Positions 6,306-15,608 of a stretch of 64,000 nucleotides of DNA are shown here, piece after piece. Positions within the stretch are counted from its first letter, which is position 1. Each line of letters starts with the position of its first letter. Origin of the DNA: Escherichia phage AnYang. The position numbers and the translations under genes are program-made. The DNA is taken from the sequence record MK234886. One strand, written 5' to 3'. The notes under the pieces were generated by a model. It saw only the letters and a list, made by a program, of their open reading frames with translations. It was not told the DNA's origin and searched no databases.

Positions 6306-6971
6306 TCAAAATTTTATTTTACGGCCTTTATTCCAACCTTCAGGAATAATATCCGTTTTGTTAATACGTTTAGAAACTTTTTCTTCTAAAGAATGAATCC
6401 ACATTTTTCCATATCCGGAATTATTTTCACCTTGTTGGTGTTTATTTCTGGCGTGAGATTCTTTCATTTTATTTTTGGTTTCATCTGAATGGGTCTTACC
6501 CAAGAAAGATTTAGTATTTGAAAATTTCTCTCTATACTTAGGATTATCCCAAAGTTGTTTAAACCTTTCTGAACCCATTTTACGATATTTTTCTTTAAGG
6601 TCTGGGTCGTTCTCAAATCTGGTTTTAAAAGCGGCAACTCCTTTTAAGGAAGCTTCTTTCTTTTTATCTAAATATTCTTCAGTGTTTAAATGGTCCCAAC
6701 CACCTTCACCGCCTAATTTCAAATTATAAACATCGGGGCGCTTTAAAAACTCTTCAGTCACAATATTCTTTTCTGACTCAAACATAGAGATTTTATCGTC
6801 AAAGAACTCTAATATTTCTTTAGAGAAATTTTCTATACCGTATTTGGCCTGGGCCCTTTTCAAGAGTTTACCGGAACCAAAATATGCATCATTCAAATTT
6901 TCGGTTGAATGGGCTCCTATATAGATTTTATTATTAATTTTGTTTGTTATTTTATAAGTGTAATGGAACAT
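6306..6971 (-). CDS. segB: GIY-YIG homing endonuclease, SegB-like (221 aa)
   Basis: N-terminal YTYKITNKINNKIYIGA motif; sits between two tRNA genes as segB does in T4; AGGAGA RBS. Confidence 0.75.
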   Translation of the reverse strand: MFHYTYKITNKINNKIYIGAHSTENLNDAYFGSGKLLKRAQAKYGIENFSKEILEFFDDKISMFESEKNIVTEEFLKRPDVYNLKLGGEGGWDHLNTEEYLDKKKEASLKGVAAFKTRFENDPDLKEKYRKMGSERFKQLWDNPKYREKFSNTKSFLGKTHSDETKNKMKESHARNKHQQGENNSGYGKMWIHSLEEKVSKRINKTDIIPEGWNKGRKIKF

Positions 6972-7012
6972 AAATATCTCCTATTTCTAAGAGTATTTAT
7001 GTTCTCAAAATA

Positions 7013-7083
7013 TGGCCCTGGGTGGAATCGAACCACCATCCAGCGATTATGAGTCGCTCGCTTGACCGTCCAGCTACAGGGCC
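7013..7083 (-). tRNA. tRNA with CAU anticodon (Ile2/Met type), CCA not encoded
   Basis: cloverleaf on minus strand: acceptor GGCCCUG/CAGGGCC, anticodon stem-loop GCGA-CUCAUAA-UCGC, T-arm GGUGG-UUCGAUU-CCACC. Confidence 0.8.
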
Positions 7084-7088
7084 TTAAT

Positions 7089-7355
7089 TTAAATTACAAA
7101 TCCAGCAGGAGCATTATCATCTTTAGCCATGTGCTGAATTGTATGATAAGTCATTTCTTCAGGAGCAACCAGATAAGCCGCAGCGTTAACTAGTGGAATT
7201 ATTTTTGGTTTAGCGAATGTGCTATCGGCAATTGCCATAAAGGGCTCGCCGTCGGTCTCAACTTCACCAAATTGGCATTCATATGAAATAGAACAACGTT
7301 TGGTAGTTGTTGTCTTGGTTTCCGGGTCATAAAAAGCTAATTTTAATACTAACAT
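7089..7355 (-). CDS. hypothetical protein (88 aa; ORF track start 7361 is GTG)
   Basis: ATG 7355 preceded by GAGGTG RBS. Confidence 0.45.
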   Translation of the reverse strand: MLVLKLAFYDPETKTTTTKRCSISYECQFGEVETDGEPFMAIADSTFAKPKIIPLVNAAAYLVAPEEMTYHTIQHMAKDDNAPAGFVI

Positions 7356-7393
7356 AAACACCTCAAATAAAATTAAGTAAAGTAAGTTTGATT

Positions 7394-7439
7394 AATAGAC
7401 CTTGTCTATTATGAAAGGTTCTTTGAGGGAAGAACCTTT
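7394..7439. other. two adjacent hairpins (AATAGAC-ctt-GTCTATT and AAAGGTTC-N10-GAACCTTT)
   Basis: inverted repeats in the 130-nt spacer between two minus-strand genes. Confidence 0.35.
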
Positions 7440-7484
7440 GGTAATAGAGGGTATTAATGATAGAGTAATAATATCACATAATTC

Positions 7485-7769
7485 TTAAAGCATATTAATG
7501 TAATCAAGTTTAATAGAAGCAATCTTCAAAGGATTTTTAAAGATGTCATATTCGACCAATCCATTTTCAGTTGCGGTATAAAAAGTAAAGTTAACAGAAT
7601 TATAACGATGGCTGTTAACTTTGAGTTTAACATCGCTTGAACTACGGCCAATATTAACCTGTTGAACATCAAGCACAGCATCTTTGCCATAATTGCGAAT
7701 CAACAACTCAGCTGCAACCTGGTCTGAATTATAGCCATTCTCTGGATTAGTAACCTTAACGTATAGCAT
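7485..7769 (-). CDS. hypothetical protein (94 aa)
   Basis: ORF track; ATG immediately follows stop of upstream gene (TAAATG). Confidence 0.5.
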   Translation of the reverse strand: MLYVKVTNPENGYNSDQVAAELLIRNYGKDAVLDVQQVNIGRSSSDVKLKVNSHRYNSVNFTFYTATENGLVEYDIFKNPLKIASIKLDYINML

Positions 7770-8171
7770 TTAACCCTCGTCTACAATGGTGTGGGTGTTG
7801 GCATTAACAATTTGCCACCAGTCAAAACGATTAGACCCATAAAGAGGCTTATTCTCGTTTTCTTTAATAATATCACGCAGTTCATCTTCAGAGAATGCTT
7901 TAGCGATTAAATCAGTATATCCACCACGTGGATAATAGTTGTCACCCGCGAACAAAAGGAAATTTACCTTTCCAGAAGGAATATATGCTTCCTTAGGATA
8001 CTTGTTTCCTGCATGGTCTAACACTTCAATATAACGATAAGGGATATCAGTACTTTCAACCCATTGCCAAGCCGCAGCAGGAGAGTCAAAAGCATCTACA
8101 CCTAAACGGTTATCTTCATCTTTAGACGGATTATTTTCATAATCCGCATATACATAATATTCAACGTTCAT
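7770..8171 (-). CDS. hypothetical protein (133 aa)
   Basis: ORF track; AAAGGTGA RBS; TAATG overlap with upstream gene. Confidence 0.5.
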   Translation of the reverse strand: MNVEYYVYADYENNPSKDEDNRLGVDAFDSPAAAWQWVESTDIPYRYIEVLDHAGNKYPKEAYIPSGKVNFLLFAGDNYYPRGGYTDLIAKAFSEDELRDIIKENENKPLYGSNRFDWWQIVNANTHTIVDEG

Positions 8172-8356
8172 TATTCACCTTTAGAGATTTTATCCATAAC
8201 AAAAGAGATTGAACCAATTAAAAATGCCACTACTAAAGAGATTATATTCTCGGAAGTTGAAAGCATATCGAGCATGAATCCTGCAAACATACTAAAGCCA
8301 AAAGCAGTAACGGCGGCCAGTGCAGTAACATTTCTAATTAATTCGCAACGTTTCAT
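8171..8356 (-). CDS. small hydrophobic membrane protein (61 aa; ORF track start 8368 is TTG)
   Basis: ATG 8356 with GGAGA RBS; two hydrophobic segments. Confidence 0.45.
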   Translation of the reverse strand: MKRCELIRNVTALAAVTAFGFSMFAGFMLDMLSTSENIISLVVAFLIGSISFVMDKISKGE

Positions 8357-8392
8357 TTTATTCTCCAATCACTCATTTGTTTTGATAGGGCT

Positions 8393-8421
8393 ATAGTATC
8401 ACCACTAGAGCCCGTTGTAAA
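8393..8421 (-). promoter_or_regulatory. early promoter TTTACA-N17-TACTAT with stem-loop
   Basis: read on minus strand upstream of 8171-8356 gene. Confidence 0.5.
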
Positions 8422-8424
8422 CAA

Positions 8425-8697
8425 TTATTTTAGATAAATTGCATACTTTTTATAACCAGCCGTTTCGTGACGCAGTCCTTTTTCATTAGCAAAACGTTCA
8501 ATATTGTTAATTTGATTCTGGTCAAGTTCTGAAGTATCAAAAACAAAAAAGTTTCGCTTATTGCCTAAAGTTACATGATTAGTCAAATCAATGTTATAGA
8601 GATGATTTATATTATCAATCATGGTCTTAACAGATTTGTTAATTTTTACTTCTTCATTAAGAACAGATTCAGCGATAAATTCTTGATAAGTTTTCAT
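8425..8697 (-). CDS. internal-protein-like small protein with capsid-targeting leader MKTYQEFIAES (90 aa)
   Basis: N-terminus matches T4 IP capsid-targeting consensus MKTYQEFIAE; sits next to 57B as ipI does in T4. Confidence 0.55.
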   Translation of the reverse strand: MKTYQEFIAESVLNEEVKINKSVKTMIDNINHLYNIDLTNHVTLGNKRNFFVFDTSELDQNQINNIERFANEKGLRHETAGYKKYAIYLK

Positions 8698-8698
8698 T

Positions 8699-8920
8699 TT
8701 ATTCTACGCCAGCGGCTTTCAAAAGTTTTTTAAGATTGGCGGTGCCTTGAGCAGAAAATGTGACCTTGCCGCCTTTTTCGCTGATGCTCCCAGTCAATTT
8801 AGCAAGTTTATCACTAGAGACTTTTTTAAAATCAGCCAATGTACCGTCAAAGGTTTTTGTAACAACCGGCAGTTGGTCATGTTTTTTAGCTTCTGTAATA
8901 AATTCTTGATAAGCTTTCAT
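8699..8920 (-). CDS. internal-protein-like small protein with leader MKAYQEFITEA (73 aa)
   Basis: CTS-like N-terminus; GGAAA RBS; tightly coupled to downstream IP-like ORF. Confidence 0.55.
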   Translation of the reverse strand: MKAYQEFITEAKKHDQLPVVTKTFDGTLADFKKVSSDKLAKLTGSISEKGGKVTFSAQGTANLKKLLKAAGVE

Positions 8921-8957
8921 TTTGATTTCCGTTTGGTTAGTTTGTTTTGATAGGTCT

Positions 8958-8986
8958 ATAGTATCACGCCTATAGACCTTGTAAAC
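8958..8986 (-). promoter_or_regulatory. early promoter GTTTAC-N17-TACTAT with perfect 10-bp stem-loop AGGTCTATAG...CTATAGACCT
   Basis: read on minus strand upstream of IP-like genes. Confidence 0.55.
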
Positions 8987-8998
8987 ACCTTTTTTAAA

Positions 8999-9676
<678 letters not shown>

Positions 9677-9684
<8 letters not shown>

Positions 9685-10438
9685 TTTTATTTCCTAATAA
9701 TTTATCAATAGTAGTGTATAGTTCAGAAAGAGTGCCGTTATTTTCAACAACAACGTCACCAGGTAAAATTGGTAGACCCGCTTCAGTGATGTGCGAGTCT
9801 TGTACTTGACCGGTTTCAGAGCGAACTACATGAATAATCGTAGCACCCATCGCTCTGAGCGAATCAATTTCGTGTGTTTGACGAACATCAGGTACGACAT
9901 AGTATTTCGCATCAGAGTATATTTTATCAAAATAGTCTAAAGCGAACAACTTAACCCAATACATCTTATCAAATTGGTTAACAATAATATCAGTCCCAAG
10001 GGTCTGCATGAGACGACGTACTGACCAATTGTTATTTTTATTTATTACTTCAAACAGTTGGTCTTTTGTTTCTTCAGACAGATACTGGACTGGGGTAAGA
10101 CCATAATGATATGCGGTACGAACGTCCATTCCTGGAATAGGAAGGATATTATTCAGTTTGACAATAGCATTTTCAAAGATATCAACCACATCATATGGTT
10201 TTAAAGGAAGGATTTCTTCACGGTCGTAACCGATACCTTCAAAACAGTTGAAATCCAGTTTAGGCATATAACTACGGTCGAATACAGGGTCATCAGAGAT
10301 GTATTCATAGGCTTCAGCCAGATACTTTTTAATAGGACCTGCGAGCTGAAATTTTACCGAATCCATATTTTCGATTACATAGTTAGCAACGGTATCCTTA
10401 CCGCTACGTTTGATTCCTACAATTGATATTAGTTTCAT
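9677..10438 (-). CDS. 1: gp1 deoxynucleoside monophosphate kinase
   Basis: P-loop GIKRSGKDT at N-terminus; 253 aa; synteny. Confidence 0.85.
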
Positions 10439-11028
10439 TATTTTCTCATAGATGGATGCATAGACATACGAGCCACACGTTGTTCGGCATACGAATCAAT
10501 TTGTGGACGACCTGTAACTATTGTACCATCTATTTCTACAGCAAACGATTTGAAGTTGAATGTTGCTGTAGCGATTATCGCAGGGTCAGAATCTTCTTTA
10601 TACGAATACTGGATTTCCGAGAGGTCGGATGGCCAACCACCGTAGTAATGAATGCTCATTACTATTTTCTGTTTGTTATTATCAAGGATATGGAGGGTAA
10701 TTGCTTCAGGTAAGCCTTTAGGATGCCAAGCTTCGGATTCGTGGGTTACATAGTTGTTTAATGACAACATCCACTTATAAACGTCAAGCCATGATTTCAA
10801 TTCACGGTCCACAAGAAAGTTCACAATCAATGGGTCGAATTCTACTGTAGAACCTGGCAGCTTAGCACGATGTATGCCCTGGGTCGATCCTGGGACGTCT
10901 GAGATCGGAATATGGATACCAGGTAGTGTTACATCTTGTACGTTCAATTTGAATGACTGTGTCATTCCTGAGTCACTAACCTCTAAGATAAAGTTGGTGG
11001 TGTTAGTTTGGTTAAATAAACCGTTCAT
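10438..11028 (-). CDS. 3: gp3 tail completion / sheath stabiliser
   Basis: synteny 1-3-2-4; AGGAA RBS; TAATG overlap with gene 1. Confidence 0.65.
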   Translation of the reverse strand: MNGLFNQTNTTNFILEVSDSGMTQSFKLNVQDVTLPGIHIPISDVPGSTQGIHRAKLPGSTVEFDPLIVNFLVDRELKSWLDVYKWMLSLNNYVTHESEAWHPKGLPEAITLHILDNNKQKIVMSIHYYGGWPSDLSEIQYSYKEDSDPAIIATATFNFKSFAVEIDGTIVTGRPQIDSYAEQRVARMSMHPSMRK

Positions 11029-11041
11029 AGGATTCCTATAT

Positions 11042-11067
11042 TGCTTAAATCCCGGACAGGGTATAAT
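11042..11067 (+). promoter_or_regulatory. promoter-like element on plus strand (TGCTTAA MotA-box-like, 13-nt spacer, TATAAT) antisense to genes 2 and 3
   Basis: core GGACAGGGTATAATG is the same as in the minus-strand promoter at 3820-3835 but in opposite orientation. Confidence 0.3.
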
Positions 11068-11110
11068 GGTCCTAGGTCTGTTCCATTCAATAACTGGCCG
11101 GGATAATAGA

Positions 11111-11947
11111 TTATGAATTCTTCCATACTTTCTGAGCTGAGTAACGCTTGCCTTTAGACATGAACTGTTGGAGAGGCATCATGACCACATTAGCCCAATC
11201 AGCAGGTTTTATCTCTACTAAAGGTCCTTTAATATTTCCTGGGATATAGGCCTTAATCATAACGTCTGCGCCAGCGAATCCTTTTACCTTACTCCAATCG
11301 ATTTTTAATTTAGTCGAGTTGGTAATGGTAGGTGTACTCGCGTATTGCTTCAGCAATTCTTCTAGAAATTGTTGGCGTGCTTTAGGCGGGATATAGTGTA
11401 GGTTCAGCCCATACATTAAATTATGCTTACCTAACCCAAGATAAATGATTAAAGGATATTTGTCCCAGTATGGCAGGGTATCCTTGTGTTTAGCGTCATA
11501 GATATAAGCATAAAGCTTACCGGGTTGTGGTTTAGATACCTGGTGTCCACGAATTCCTTTCTTTAATGTTTCTGTAAACCATTTAGCTGATTTATTGTTT
11601 ACAGCAGCGCCTTCGTTAGCAATCTTATCACGAATACTCTTTCTAAAACTATTCACCAAAATTAATTGACGTTCGGCTTTGGTTAATTTATTGCCAGGTT
11701 TCTTCTGAAGTTTTTCAACCTGTACAGCAGTTTTAATTCGACTCGAGTATCGAGACATCGCAGATGTAAAGCTAGAATACTTAATGCCTTTATCTTCAGC
11801 GAATTTCTTAGCCGAGACACCTTTAGCCTTAGCTTTGGCATATTCAACACCTAAAGCTATCCATTGTTGTTCTGAACGGGTAGGCTTAGAACCTTTTGTG
11901 GTTTCAGTAGCCTCATTGATGTAGGAAAATATACTCATCCTTTCCAT
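11111..11947 (-). CDS. 2: gp2 DNA end-protector protein
   Basis: 278 aa, synteny. Confidence 0.65.
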   Translation of the reverse strand: MERMSIFSYINEATETTKGSKPTRSEQQWIALGVEYAKAKAKGVSAKKFAEDKGIKYSSFTSAMSRYSSRIKTAVQVEKLQKKPGNKLTKAERQLILVNSFRKSIRDKIANEGAAVNNKSAKWFTETLKKGIRGHQVSKPQPGKLYAYIYDAKHKDTLPYWDKYPLIIYLGLGKHNLMYGLNLHYIPPKARQQFLEELLKQYASTPTITNSTKLKIDWSKVKGFAGADVMIKAYIPGNIKGPLVEIKPADWANVVMMPLQQFMSKGKRYSAQKVWKNS

Positions 11948-12384
11948 CCTAATTTTTTCAGTGAATGTTCGGTAATCAATCTAAAGGTGATACCCATTTT
12001 ATCTGCAGTAGCTTTAGCTGCTTTCCACTTATCGGTATTAACAGACCAAGTATAGTGTTCGTTGATATATCTCTTTTTAGCAGCCGTAGTCATTTTAACA
12101 GGCACCGCAGGAGCATGGGTTTCTTTAAAAGGTTTGACTTCAAAAAAGAATTGTTGGCCTGTATCAAATTTAACCCAGAAGTCCATAAAATATCGTCTTT
12201 TCTTTCCTTCGGCATTGCAAAAGTATGGGATAACCACCTCTTCTGAATTCCACTGGACTACATTAGGATGGTTGTCAAGCCAACGCATAAACCATGCTTC
12301 CCAAGAGGAACGATATTGGATTTTCTTCCAGTCACCTTTATATTTTTGTAAGTTTGTAGGTTTAAATTTCCCTGAGTAAGCCAT
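11935..12384 (-). CDS. 4: gp4 head completion protein (150 aa; ORF track start 12456, ATG 12384 preferred)
   Basis: GGAGG RBS upstream of ATG 12384; late promoter at 12411-12418; 150 aa as in T4. Confidence 0.7.
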   Translation of the reverse strand: MAYSGKFKPTNLQKYKGDWKKIQYRSSWEAWFMRWLDNHPNVVQWNSEEVVIPYFCNAEGKKRRYFMDFWVKFDTGQQFFFEVKPFKETHAPAVPVKMTTAAKKRYINEHYTWSVNTDKWKAAKATADKMGITFRLITEHSLKKLGWKG

Positions 12385-12395
12385 AGTTGCCTCCT

Positions 12396-12403
12396 TATAA
12401 ATA
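12396..12403 (+). promoter_or_regulatory. late promoter TATAAATA for gene 53
   Basis: exact TATAAATA about 28 nt upstream of ATG 12431. Confidence 0.6.
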
Positions 12404-12410
12404 TTAATAT

Positions 12411-12418
12411 TATTTATA
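12411..12418 (-). promoter_or_regulatory. late promoter TATAAATA (minus strand) for gene 4
   Basis: reverse complement TATTTATA on plus strand, 27 nt from ATG 12384. Confidence 0.55.
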
Positions 12419-12430
12419 CTCGGAGGCCCT

Positions 12431-13033
12431 ATGCTCTTCTCATTTTTCGATCCCATCGATTACGAATCAAAAACAGTCAAGCCAGATTCGGGCTCATTAA
12501 CAAATGCCGATGTACTGAGCGTGCCGATGACTGATATATTTAGAAATTATAAAGAATATTTTGATAAAGTGGCTAAAAACTATACACTAAAGACTTATTA
12601 TATCAACGGGGCCCCTCGTCCGGAAGAATTGGCCAATCAACTTTATGGTAACGTTCAGTTATACTGGGTTTTATTGATGTGTAACAATATCTATGACCCT
12701 TATTATGGTTGGATTACAGGTCAAGAAGCAGCCTACCAAGCGGCAATCCAAAGATATTCTACTGCAGGCGGTAATCAAGTTCTTTATCACGTTAATGAAA
12801 AGGGTGAGAAATTCTGGAATCTTGTTAATACTCCAGAAAACCCGTATACTTGGTATGATAAAGGCGATACAGAAAAACGTTATCCTCAATATGAGGGCCC
12901 TTTGGCTGCAGTAGATATTTATGAGGATGCTATTCGTAAAAATGAATATAAGCGCGAAATAAAGATTGTAGACCCTAATGATATTGAGTCCTTTATTTCT
13001 GCCCTTATTCGCGAAATGGAGAAAGCCCTCTAA
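12431..13033 (+). CDS. 53: gp53 baseplate wedge protein
   Basis: 200 aa; divergent from gene 4, directly upstream of gene 5. Confidence 0.7.
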   Translation: MLFSFFDPIDYESKTVKPDSGSLTNADVLSVPMTDIFRNYKEYFDKVAKNYTLKTYYINGAPRPEELANQLYGNVQLYWVLLMCNNIYDPYYGWITGQEAAYQAAIQRYSTAGGNQVLYHVNEKGEKFWNLVNTPENPYTWYDKGDTEKRYPQYEGPLAAVDIYEDAIRKNEYKREIKIVDPNDIESFISALIREMEKAL

Positions 13034-14775
13034 TGATTAACATGTCTGATAATGTAAGTTGGTTCGTCGGTGTAGTTGAAGACCGAATGGACCCGCTCAA
13101 ACAAGGCCGAGTACGCGTACGTGTATGGGGTATGCATCCCTATGAAAAAGTTCAAGGCCCTGTAAAAGGCCTTCGTACAGAAGATTTACCATGGATGTCG
13201 GTATTAATGCCTACATCTTCTGCCTCTGTTTCTGGTATACAAACCGCCATGACTGGTATGGTCCCGGGTACACAAGTTTATGGTCACTTTCTTGATAAGT
13301 GGAAATTAAACGGACTTGTCCTTGGTACATACGGTTCTGCTTCAAAACAAAAAGCGAATCCTAATGAAGGTTTTAGTGACCCAACAGGCCAATATCCACT
13401 TTATTTAGGTAACGATGCTGCTGCACTAAACCGAGGTGGTGAAGTTGGATATGATGCAACTTCTAACGTAATACAGGATGCAAACACCGATGTAGGTATT
13501 AATCCTGATGGTTTAGATTTAAGTCAAGTCAAGCCTGACGATAATCCTAATTTCACAATAGAAAACATGCTTCATCGTGATGAGGGTCTTCGTCTTAAAG
13601 TATATTGGGACACTGAAGGATATCCTACTATAGGTATAGGTCACCTTATTACGCCACAACCTATTAGAGATATGAACCAGATAAACAAAATATTATCTAA
13701 TCAGGTAGGACGGGAAGTTAAAGGTAACCCTGGTGCAATATCAATGGACGAGGCTTCTAAATTATTTCAAGAAGACCTTAAAAAAGTCCAAAACGATATA
13801 GGCAGGCATAGTGTTGTAGGTCCTGTTTACAATAAAGAAAACCGTTCAAGACAAATGGCTCTTGAAAACATGGCTTTCCAAATGGGATTAGGTGGATTGG
13901 CTAAATTCCGTGGAATGCTTAGTGCAATGTTAATAGGCGATTATAAAAAGGCATTTGAAGAAGCTCGTAATTCAGTGTGGTTTAACCAAACTAAAGGACG
14001 TGCATCAAGGGTATCAATGATTATCCTTACAGGTAATATGGAATCATACGGTATTATGGCCCCTAAAGAAAGGTCATTTAAAGGGCGTTCGTATAGAATG
14101 ATTCAAACCTTTGCGGCCCCTACAAATTCTGACCCGGCCGATCCGTGGACCCCAGAAGACACAAGGATTCTTTTTAAAGAACCTGATTCTAGTTATAAAG
14201 GTGAGTACCCATATGTCCAAACCATGCAAACTGAAGGTGGACACGTCCAAGAATTTGATAACACCCCAGGGCAAGAACGTTATCGTTTAATCCATCCAAC
14301 CGGTAGTTATGAAGAAGTTGCTCCTGATGGTCGCAAAACTTCTAAGACGGTAGCCGATGGGTATTATATGACCCAAGGCGATTCTAATACTTATGTTGGT
14401 GGTAATAATAAAGTCAACATAGGTGGTGATGAAACCTATTATAATATGGCAAACGTGCGCCGTCAAACTGATGGGTCTGAAAGCATCCATATTCGTGGTA
14501 ATGAAACCAAAACGGTAGAAGGTGACGGAACCCTTATTGTTAAAGGGAACGTTACGGTTATTGTTGAAGGCAATGCAGATATAACTGTTAAAGGTGATGC
14601 AAAAACACTAGTTGAAGGCAATCACGACTATACCGTAAATGGAAACGTTAAATGGTCTGTAAACGGAAACGTTGATATGACTGTTGCCGGTAATTGGTCT
14701 GAAACTATGTCAACCATGAGTTCTATCGCATCAGGTCAATATACTATTGATGGTTCGAGGATTGACATTGGCTAA
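13033..14775 (+). CDS. 5: gp5 baseplate central spike with tail lysozyme domain
   Basis: T4-lysozyme-like segment EGLRLKVYWDTEGYPTIGIGHL; C-terminal VxGxxxxx beta-helix repeats (IVKGNVTVIVEGNADITVKGDAKTLVEGN); 580 aa. Confidence 0.95.
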   Translation: MINMSDNVSWFVGVVEDRMDPLKQGRVRVRVWGMHPYEKVQGPVKGLRTEDLPWMSVLMPTSSASVSGIQTAMTGMVPGTQVYGHFLDKWKLNGLVLGTYGSASKQKANPNEGFSDPTGQYPLYLGNDAAALNRGGEVGYDATSNVIQDANTDVGINPDGLDLSQVKPDDNPNFTIENMLHRDEGLRLKVYWDTEGYPTIGIGHLITPQPIRDMNQINKILSNQVGREVKGNPGAISMDEASKLFQEDLKKVQNDIGRHSVVGPVYNKENRSRQMALENMAFQMGLGGLAKFRGMLSAMLIGDYKKAFEEARNSVWFNQTKGRASRVSMIILTGNMESYGIMAPKERSFKGRSYRMIQTFAAPTNSDPADPWTPEDTRILFKEPDSSYKGEYPYVQTMQTEGGHVQEFDNTPGQERYRLIHPTGSYEEVAPDGRKTSKTVADGYYMTQGDSNTYVGGNNKVNIGGDETYYNMANVRRQTDGSESIHIRGNETKTVEGDGTLIVKGNVTVIVEGNADITVKGDAKTLVEGNHDYTVNGNVKWSVNGNVDMTVAGNWSETMSTMSSIASGQYTIDGSRIDIG

Positions 14776-14809
14776 TATTTTACCTATGAGCACAGATTTA
14801 GGAGACTCC

Positions 14810-15307
14810 ATGGAAGGGGCCTCAATCGATGTTACGTTTACTGCTCAATTAGAAACAAACGAAACATTAGTTGAAATAAATATAACAGAATATGAGCCTA
14901 CAGAAGGCATTATTGTCGATGGAGCCCATTTATATGGAACCTACGAATCGGTATTTGGATTCTCTGAGGATGCATTAAAATACCGATTAAACGATGAATT
15001 TAAAACTGCCGGTTCATGGAAAGATTTACCAGAGGACGAGAGCACTCAATTATACCTCTGGAAAGCCCCTAGCAATCTCCAGAAGACTTTTTCTTATACT
15101 GTCACATTAATCTATGACTTTCAGGAAGAGACGTCAGGAGGTGATACAGGGAGCTCAGGAGGGAGTAATTCTAGAGCCGGTAACGAAACAGACCCTCCTC
15201 CAGCACCAGTAAGAAAAACCCTTACTAAGGTTTATACCAAGGTTATAGTGGGTAATTGGAGCAAATGGGCTAACCAATTAAGAGAATACGTATATGCGAG
15301 GCCATAA
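14810..15307 (+). CDS. hypothetical protein in gp5.1 position (ORF track start 14747 is TTG; ATG 14810 with AGGAGA RBS preferred)
   Basis: ORF between gene 5 and 5.4; Gly/Ser-rich C-terminus. Confidence 0.45.
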   Translation: MEGASIDVTFTAQLETNETLVEINITEYEPTEGIIVDGAHLYGTYESVFGFSEDALKYRLNDEFKTAGSWKDLPEDESTQLYLWKAPSNLQKTFSYTVTLIYDFQEETSGGDTGSSGGSNSRAGNETDPPPAPVRKTLTKVYTKVIVGNWSKWANQLREYVYARP

Positions 15308-15600
15308 TGTCAGGCTTAAGTTACAACCAATGCGTAACGGCAGGTCATGAAGCATGGCCTCCTACAGTAATAAATGCCACCCAAGGTAAAGTATTTACGG
15401 GCGGTATTCCTGTATTAGTTGCAGGAGACCCTATTACAGAACATACAGAAATTAAAAAACCATATGAAACCCACGGTGGGGTAACCCAACCTAGAACATC
15501 AAAGGTATATGTTACAGGCAAAAAGGCTGTCCAGATGGCAGACCCTATTTCATGCGGAGATACAGTCGCACAAGCCTCATCCAAAGTATTCATAAAATAG
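15307..15600 (+). CDS. 5.4: gp5.4 PAAR-repeat spike tip protein (97 aa)
   Basis: 97 aa with VAGDPI and CGD PAAR-like motifs, directly after gene 5 region. Confidence 0.85.
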   Translation: MSGLSYNQCVTAGHEAWPPTVINATQGKVFTGGIPVLVAGDPITEHTEIKKPYETHGGVTQPRTSKVYVTGKKAVQMADPISCGDTVAQASSKVFIK

Positions 15601-15608
15601 GAATTAAA

